A DNA stretch of 60,258 nucleotides, the filler included, from Sphacelaria rigidula (taxonomy: Eukaryota): assembly GCA_964200075.2 (NCBI GenBank). It is 6 parts of 6 records of this genome, joined end to end, with 100 filler letters (N's around TTAATTAATTAA, not from the genome) between each part and the next. Parts side by side here need not be neighbours in the genome. Positions count along the whole stretch, not along the records: positions 50,300 to 60,258 come from CAXNAA020007414.1; 5 more parts are not named here. The stretch is one strand, 5' to 3'. Position 1 is the stretch's first letter. Each line of letters opens with the position of its first letter. Below the pieces are notes generated by a model. The model did not search any database and was not told where the DNA came from. It saw only the letters and a program-made list of their open reading frames with translations. Position numbers and translations under genes: made by a program. This document shows, piece after piece, positions 52,041 through 60,258 of the stretch.

Positions 52041-54899
52041 ACGTTGGGGGGAGAGGCCTGATGGATGGTGCCGTGCGTCTTGTCGAATTAACCCCCTCCG
52101 CTATCGCACGCAAGTGGTCCGAGGGTGTTGTGATGGTGTCTTTGTGTCCATGCCGTGGTGATCACGTGTTGGGAACTGGTACACCTATTTTCGCAGCGTG
52201 GGCAGCGAAGAATTGGTGATTGGAGGGGGGTGGCGGGGGTTATGCGGGATAATGGGTCTTGGTCAACTTTCAACTCGGTGCCTCCTCGGAAAGAAGCTTG
52301 AAAGGAAGCTTGGACCAGACTGGGAAGAAAAGTGCTACAGATACTCTGCTGCAGATACAACGGCAATGTTGTGTGACGCCCGTTAACTCAACGAACACGT
52401 GGCTGTTGCCGTTGGGTCACGTTGAGACGTGGCGGTAGGTGTACAATTTATGTAAGAGTCGTGCTGGTTGGGGGGGGGGGGGGGGGGGGCAGGCAGCAGC
52501 GTGATCACTTCTCTGCGTCCTAGGGCTATTTGTCAAGATCCGAGGTCACTTGCAGCGCCGAGCGGGGGAGGCGGGGTGTAGTACGAGGGTGCTGTGGATC
52601 ACGAACTTGTAAATGCTCTGCTATGTCTGTCGTGCAATTGAGCTTCGCCGATGCTTCGCTATTTGCTCCAGTCCTTCTACATGAGTTTTCTGTGGTGCGT
52701 GCTGTGTGCGAACGCAGGCGAGTGAGTGAGACATGTCATCCTCATTATTTCGTTTTTTTTTCTTCTCTCACCCCCCTCATCATGGGCTCCAAGGGTTAGA
52801 TACGGAGGTACGAGGAGTAGGTAGTGAATTGAACCAGGGTTCAAATAACCGTTTCGGGGAAAGGTTTCGTGAAATTACTCTACCCCGTAGGATTGCTGTG
52901 ACAACAGGGTGTGTCTGTGCTTTCTCTCATTCTTCTGTTTGGTTGCTAGTGTGATGCATGCTTTTGTTCTCCGTGTCTGTGTAACAATTCGTCTTTATCG
53001 TTCGTCTGTGTGCTGGCGGGCGTGGGGATTACGACCGGCCTCTTTTTTTGTGGAGCCACTCGCGGGGTTTCTGTCGTTTGGTCGTCAGTCGCTTCGGCTA
53101 TTCGTGGAACGTTCCAGCGTCGACAAACACTCGGGTGATTTGTGGGCGATGGGGGAATATATGTCTCGTAGCCCCAGAGTTGGAAATCTTTGGATCCGTG
53201 CAACCGCAGGGATGGACGGAAGACACCCATTACCAAGCTCAAATGAAGTTTTGCGTTGCTGTGATCAGGAGCTACGGTCAGGACGTACATGGTCACGATA
53301 CATGCCATACATTTTGCGAATGGCCGTTCTAATGAATAGTGGAGGAAAATATCTCGTGTTATTTTTTTCTCGAGGCCTCTTTTCGCTTCCGCACACTTTC
53401 CTGGGGGTGTTACAGAGGGAAGCAGCGTTCCTCTTCTTTTCCCAACATGACGTTTTCATTTGCAATTTGTTTCGTTTCCGTTTCGGGGGATAATGTGCCC
53501 ACCGCACCGCCGAAGGTCAGCGCTTCTGCTGGCTTCATGCGGTTTGCGCACGCGTGGACAACCCCGACGAGATACTGTAATGCGGTCACTGTGGCCCGAG
53601 TGCACTCCAACAACTGAACGGACGCTAAAATCAATCAGCTCCAAGCCCCGAAACTGCACTCTCCTACTGTAACTGAGAAGCAAGATATCGTGTTGGACTT
53701 GATCTTCGACCTGATGTCCGCTCGATCGCGGGGACGCGTCTTCAGCAGCTTTCACGGCGAACGAACAGGCTTAACAGTGATTCCGTGAGATTGAGAGTAG
53801 AGGAAACGATTGAGAGTGAAGAGCGGTCAATTAGTAAATGGATCGTTTCAGTTCCGAAATGTCCCTCCACAAGGCCCGATATGCTTTCTGAATAGCTTGC
53901 CACTGAAGCCCTTGATATCCCTGAGTAGGGTATCACCGTGTAGCTGTAGGCACATGCCAGTATGATAAAGGCTACAAAAACCACACACAAGATGGAATAA
54001 TGACTTGAGTTGAAGGGACTGATGAAACCCTCTCTCAATCAGCAATCTTCTCTCTATCAGCAATCTTCTCTCAATCTCACGAATACGTTGTTGTTTGGGG
54101 CCGTCCTTGGTGGCGGCCGAAGTATGATACCTCGGTGAGGCGAACACGCTCCGCCCACTGATTGACACGACGCTTTGGGAAAGACACGGGGCGCCCCAAG
54201 ACTCTCGAACCAGTGGGGAGTGATGCCACAGTAGCACCGTCAGAAAAATGGGCGGTGAGGAGTCGAAATCTGCGTGTAACTGTATCATTTTTTTTCAAAG
54301 TACATTTCTTTTTATACGTTGTTGCATTTCCAGCATGCCACGAGTTTTCACGAGCTTGTCTGTCCACCGCTCAGCACGGACGCACATCCCTCATGTTCCG
54401 ATAGCCCCACTTGCTGACACCCACGTTTGTTTCAGCATCTTGAACGGTTATTGCGTTTTAGTTCCATTGTTTTGATCTAGCACAGATACGGCGTCCCTCT
54501 TTTTGTGCTCTCCACTCGCCGTATCCAAAATTTGAGCTTCTCTTCTCCGGCTACACACGCTTCAGTCGTTACGCAGTCGATTAGGCCTGGTGTACCGTCT
54601 TCTTTCTTACCTTGACTCCCCGCCCGCTCGGATTTGCAGCTCTCACCAACCCTTCACTTTTCCGCCGCACCTTTTTCCCGGCATTTGAAATTTTCCCGCC
54701 GAGATCACGTATACCGTTGCTACTTTGGCAGTGTAAATTACTATACTTTTTGTGCCTACGGTTCCTTCTGTCCAAGACTGTGTGTTTTGGGTCATTTCCC
54801 TCCTCTTCTTGGATCACCAAGACACAAACCCGTCGCGACACCCCTCTTTCCGCTCCCACCCCGCGTAAGCCCGCCCTCCGTAGGCCCTCTGTTCAACTA

Positions 54900-57800
54900 A
54901 ATACTTTGAACTCAACCTCTCCTGCCCTCTTTACACACGAGGAAAAAAATACTGCCATGCCTACGGCCCACTCCCCTGAAGTTTACACATCACAGCGCTC
55001 CGTTCTTGGTGGTGGCGTCGAGTCTAAGACACCTGCCCCTCGTATAGCAGCGCGCCACACATCCAGTCGACGCGTATCGCTACTCGCGCACCTTTCGAAG
55101 CACCCCCTTCAAAGACACACAGTCACTTGATGCATTTCGCTGCTCGTGTCGGGTCTACCCTTCCTCAGGCACACAGTCAGTCGATGCGTTCCGCTTCCCG
55201 TGTCGGGTCTACTCATCCCGAGGCACACAGTTGGTCGATGCGTTCCGCTTCCCTTGTCGGGACACGCTGTCAGTCGATGCGTTTCGCTCCTCGTGCCGGG
55301 TTTGATCCCATAACGAAACACTCGCCTGCCCCAACTGTTTCAGCTCCTTTAACACACAGTAACATACGCGACGCTACGAGTCTCTGGTCAACAGCCACGG
55401 CAAAGCCTTCCGCTCTTGCCTCCTCTTCTGTCCCCAGGTCCACACGCCCGGTACTTCCGCTGGGCCCTGACACTAGTGGTGAATCCACCATTGCGCAACC
55501 GCCCTTGGCCGCGGCTCTGGAATAATTGCTTCGTTCCTCTCCGGCTGTCGCGTCTGATGACCCAGCGACGACGTCCCTTTCCTACGCGCTTGCCGCCGCC
55601 TTCCCAGCCGCTGTTCAGCATTCGTCTCCTTCTGATCATGATCATCTCAACGATCGTGCACCCGCCATGATTTCTGAATCTGCGTCTGCCCAGATCGATG
55701 GCATTGCATCTCACTCTGAAAATTAATCAGACTTCTGTTGACAACAACGTGCCTAAGATACCTGGTTTGGGTGATCGCACTAGTAATACACATGCTCACG
55801 ATGTACGAGCCTTATCGTCCGGATTTTCGTCTGCAGCCGTGTCTTCGATACCACAATCGGGCGATCAGACACACTCAAGCCCTTTGATGCAATCCAACAC
55901 GACTTCATCTGACGATTCCGCATTCAGCGCTCAGGACCAACACACTGACCGCGTCCTTCCGCCCCAACCGGATGCTGCCACTCTACGTGCCGTTGAACAA
56001 CAACTCGTAGATCTACAGCATAACCTCCACCCTGTCGACACTATGGACAACCAAGAGCCGCGTCTTCCTCCTGGCCTAGTCGTCGCCGACACCGACGCGG
56101 AGAGCGTCCGTGGTACCCCGCCCACAACCACAGATGCGCTTCCTACCGCGCCGGCAACGGTCCCAAGTCCCACAACCGACCCGGTGCTCCCCGCGGGCTC
56201 TGCCAATCCGTCGCCGATTGCTTCTACACCGCCGACGGCCATCCCTCCGCCTCCTGTGGCACCGGCTGATGACCGCCCCCTCCTTGGCATCGAGTTTTGC
56301 CGGGATGGGCTTTTGCCCCAGATTGTTTTAGCTGGCCCGCGGGCTGAGCAAGACAGGCTTTATCTGCATCAGCTCGCGCGGCTCCAACACCAACGGAGCT
56401 CGCTGACCGCGCTGCCAACGCCTTGCTTCACGTCGAACACCTGGCACGAACTCCCTCTCAACGATCGGCTATTCAACGGGCGTGTACGCACCAAGAAGTG
56501 GCGCGGAAGACTTTGGACGAACGCCGTCTTGAAGCTTGCACGCTCCAGACTCTCCTTCGTCAAGACGAACACCGTCTCCGTGAGTATACAGAAGCCACGG
56601 TTGCGTAAGACGGCGCTTACGGTCTATGGAGTCAGATCGTCTTCCTCGAATCAGGACGCCGCCTTCTCCGCCGTCAACTGGGCCAGCTCCACACTACCGC
56701 ATTCCCCGCAAGGCGCCCCGGCCCACCTACGCCGCGGCAATCGCTTCATCATCCACGCCCCCTACGGTGCCCACGAGACCTACGCCCGCCACTTCTTCAA
56801 GACCCCTGCCCGTCGGCGCCGCGATCGCTGGCATCGTCTGCCTCACGAGTGACCATGGTTACCGCTAACAATCAGCGACCTGTCTGGGACTCATAAACCC
56901 CGAAACATACTCTGCTGTTCGCGTGAGGCATGGGCCTCTTCGACAATGCCCATCAACAGTGTCGTGGTCCCCTTCCTACGTCATGGTGGGACCCTGCCGG
57001 ATAACGAACCCGATCAACTTTCTCTAGAACAGCTTCTCCCCGACCTCAACATCGGTCGTGGCCCGGAGCACGCGGAGTATAAGACTGTGGTCTCCGTAGT
57101 TTTCGCAGCGCTGCGCGCTGCGTACAACACGCTTCCAGCTGCTGCCTTGGATGGCCAAGACGCTCCAGAGCTATCATGTCGTCCACGTGGTGATGGCTTT
57201 GACTATGACGCCGATGATGTCACCCATCGCGGCGGGGGACACCGCCGCCGCCCCTCCAACAACCGCGACGCTCGCCGCGGCACTCGCAATCACAGTCGAA
57301 GGTGCTCCGTAGGACATTCGTCTAGCTCCTCCGCAAACAAGTTTCGCCAACATCCGGTTGCTACATCGGCTCCGCCCCCGGTTATAGCCAGAGACGTTAC
57401 ACCTCACCTTGCGGATGTTTCTGGACGCCTCTTACGTATTTCAGATAGTGGCACTTCAGATCACCCACTGTCTTCTATTTCGGCCAGATCTTTAGCTGCT
57501 GCAGCCGCTGCCGAACAACATGCTGATGCCCAGAAAGCCGCCGCTGTTGCTCGTAAAGACGAGAATACTTGCAGATGGATGTAAAAAAAGTCTGGCATAT
57601 CAAAACCATGCCTGCCGCTGACAATGAATATTCTGGTCAGTTTACATCTGCTCCTATTCCATCCATGGGCCGCACCACGAGAAATATTCTCGAGCTAGCC
57701 GATGCAACTGGACAACAACGTCTTGGGTTGGCAGATTCGACTCCCCTGCACAAAGTCCTGCATTGCTCAATCAGCCGCCGTCCGCCCGACGTCGCTGTGT

Positions 57801-58340
57801 CTTTAACACAGATCCTCGACTCCTTCTTCACCGCCATGAATAGGGGTTGTGCCCACGGTAGCGCCGCGTTTACGGTAGCCTCCGATGTGCCTTTCTCTGA
57901 CTGCCTGCGCGAGTTCAAGCTTTTGGTTTCTAGTGTCACTGGTACCGGCCGGCAAAACGGGCCTAGTGACGAAATGTGTCAGACACATGTACGGAAGAGC
58001 ATTGCTCAGCAGTTCCCTACGCTGATGCCATCGTTGTTTCCGGGTGCCTTGGCGCACGAAGAGGTGCCTTACGCCTCTGTAGACGCTTTGTGGACTGCGT
58101 TTTGTAGATAAAAAAACTAATCCTACGCCCGCCATCCGTGACACCTCGTATTCTTCTGGCTCTTCACAGCCTTTGTTTACCGCCTCCACGAACACCTCCG
58201 GGTCTAGTGGACGCACTCGGCAATCGTCCAGTAATACTTGGACACCCAATTCTGTAGGCGGATCAGTAATGACTGTTCGTACTGCGAAAGATCCGTTTCA
58301 AGCAAGTTTTGAGGCTTGGCCTTACTCTACAGACTACAGA
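54900..58340 (+). mobile_element. Probable degenerate retroelement ORF1/gag-like region
   Basis: An intronless chain of overlapping Pro/Ser/Ala-rich ORFs broken by stops and frameshifts, ending in a helical-looking segment (FSDCLREFKLLVSSV..QQFPTLMPSLFPG..DALWTAF). No diagnostic motif recognised, so the call is an inference. Confidence 0.4.
55115..55300 (+). repeat. Tandem repeat, ~54-bp unit, ~3.5 copies
   Basis: CACACAGTCAGTCGATGCGTTCCGCTTCCCGTGTCGGGTCTAC.. repeated within the ORF1-like region. Confidence 0.8.
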
Positions 58341-58613
58341 GCCCTCCTGGACTCAGAACAAGGCCACAAAATTGCTCCAAGGGCTTCCTCCCTCACTAGG
58401 GCCTGGAGACTTCAAGACAATTGTTATTCATAAACACACAGCCTTCGTTATCGGAAGTAACCACATGCGTGAAGCATGTGATGTTCAAACCCACATAGTC
58501 TGCCGATCAGACCCGCAAGTCCGTCAACCAATAGAAAACGCCTACAGCAGATTGTTCCACTTGTAGATCACCATGAACCTGCACGTACGTGTACTGGAGG
58601 TGGACTACTCTAC

Positions 58614-60178
58614 ACACCCCCCAAAACTCCGCACTACTCGAATTAGAACGCGAGTTTGACAAAACAGTAGACGCCGACTATCACGTATGCTACCTTTGTC
58701 CCCCCGGTCGTGACACACGACCTTGTACTGTCATGTTCCACAAAAACAATAACGTGCACAACCTTGAACATCGACACTCAACGACAGTGTCTCAAGCGAA
58801 CTCAGGAAAGTCAACCATTCTCCAACGGTAATTTCCACGTAAGCATTCTCACACAAAGCAAAGGTGTCAAGTATAGTACCATCTTAACCAGTAGCATTCG
58901 ATATCATCATATTTTCAAAGCTTCATACCATACTTTGCCTGCAAACGTGCTCGCACCTTTTTACGTAGTCCCAACTTATGCAGCTCAGATTTTACAAATT
59001 GCGGGGCTCCGTCCAAAATATTTTCCAGAGGCTCTCACGAGGTTTCATCTTTGCCAAATCCGACCCACTCCACTTGTACATAAAATCCATCTCCTGCTTC
59101 GTCCTCAGATATACCGACAATAGCCGCCATCTCGAACTCGCCTTGTGCAAAAGTTTACTGGAACACCTCCTTCACATCAGCCGTAATCTTCAGCTCCTTG
59201 TCCGCATAAAATCGAAGGCGGGCGACATGCACATCCTGTACCTCGCCATTCACAATGTTCTGTACCCCATACACATGTTGTTGTTCCGCCGTCACAATCC
59301 GCCAAGGCCTCGTCCACGTACTCATAAGCTTCGGCGTAGTTCCCGAATGCCTCACCCTCGCCGCCAGCACGTAATCGCCCACCACAAAGTTAGGAAGCTT
59401 CCCCTTACTAGCCACACGTGTCTGTAGATCGCGGTTCTTGTCGACACGCTGCGCCACGTTCTTGTGCAACTCTTGCTGAGCCTCAACGATTGACGTCATC
59501 TGTCGCCTCAAAGCGTCTTCGTCAAGCACATCGACGCTCCATTTGCCCCCAGTTTACGATGCCAGAGTAGAGAAACTGGTGCGCGGTGCCCGGCCAAACA
59601 TAACATGGTATGGCGTACTAGCATAACGCTCTCGGAAGGCAGTGTTCAATGCCCACTGCACTGCAGGCACCAAACTCACCCATTTACGAACATCACGCCA
59701 TTCCTCGTGCAACATTGCCTTCAAGGTACGAACAATCTCACGCATCATTCGCTCACAGGTACCATTAGACCATGGCGAGTTAGCCACCGCGAATCGGCGA
59801 TCCAGCTTCAGCGCTTCCTCAAGCACTCGCATTACACGATTATTGAAATGCGACGTCGTATCGCTGACCCATACCTCTGGCGACCCCAGCGTTTTGCACC
59901 ATGTCAACAGATGCTTCACCGTCGTGGCCGCCGTACAAGACTCCGTGGGCTCCAACCACACGAAGTTGCATACATCGTCCATCATGATTAAGATATACTT
60001 CAACCCGTCTCCTTCGTCCAAGCCACTAGTTCCCAGGGGGCCACTCTCGCCAACGTAGAGAAAATCAAAATGCAGGACCTCCCCTGGGCGTGTACCATGC
60101 ACCGTTTCCCCGAAGGGACGCGGGACCTTCTCCCCCGCCTTGGAATCCAAACAGTGCAGGCATTGCTTCACAAACTCA
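58614..60178 (-). mobile_element. Degenerate Ty3/Gypsy (chromovirus-like) 3' region: integrase, GPY/F, chromodomain, PPT
   Basis: CLHC..VLHFDFLY..LIMMDD..VSDTTSHF..SPWSNGTCER (rve core); KLMSTWTRPWRIV; chromodomain FEMAAIVG..FYVQVEWVGF..S*EPLENI with stop at 58915. Purine tract GGAGTTTTGGGGGG directly precedes TGTAG at ~58614 (candidate 3' LTR start). Confidence 0.9.
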
Positions 60179-60258
60179 GACACTTTCTACGATAGCCCCC
60201 CCCCAAAAATCCAGCTAAAAATGTCATGAAAAAAATGGTCATACAACGCCTGATGTTT
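60179..60258. mobile_element. MITE of the 512-762 family inserted in the Gypsy integrase, truncated by window end
   Basis: GACACTTTCTACGATAGCCCCCCCCC..GGTCATACAACGCCTGATGTTT. Confidence 0.8.

Noticed and set aside
54015-54040. CTGATGA hammerhead-core-like motif
   Set aside because: No stem II followed by GAAA and no closing stems found.

Overview
Eukaryotic, intron-rich, repeat-rich DNA of about 50% GC. It is most consistent with a brown alga (Phaeophyceae), an inference from gene structure, protein style and repeats. The window is not one locus. It is six apparently unrelated contigs of 9960/9960/9960/9960/9959/9959 bp joined by 100-bp N44-TTAATTAATTAA-N44 linkers, so adjacency across linkers carries no meaning. 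Four spliced host genes were reconstructed by hand from GT-AG junctions with consistent phases: the 3' part of a kinesin-14-type motor gene (minus), a nearly complete NadD/NMNAT-like nucleotidyltransferase (minus), the C-terminal six exons of a BIG/Sec7-type large ARF-GEF (plus) and the last two exons of phosphoglucomutase (plus). The rest is mobile DNA: two degenerate chromodomain-bearing Ty3/Gypsy pol regions, tRNA-headed SINEs, Sola-like, hAT-like and mariner-like MITEs, foldback elements and minisatellites. The most interesting observations are (i) a foldback element whose two arms carry the 5S rRNA internal promoter, (ii) a Gypsy integrase tail with a chromodomain plus a PWWP/Tudor-like domain and no visible 3' LTR, (iii) ~250-bp MITEs with unrelated interiors but a shared GA-N6-CTACGATAG terminus, and (iv) a hAT MITE carrying telomeric repeats.
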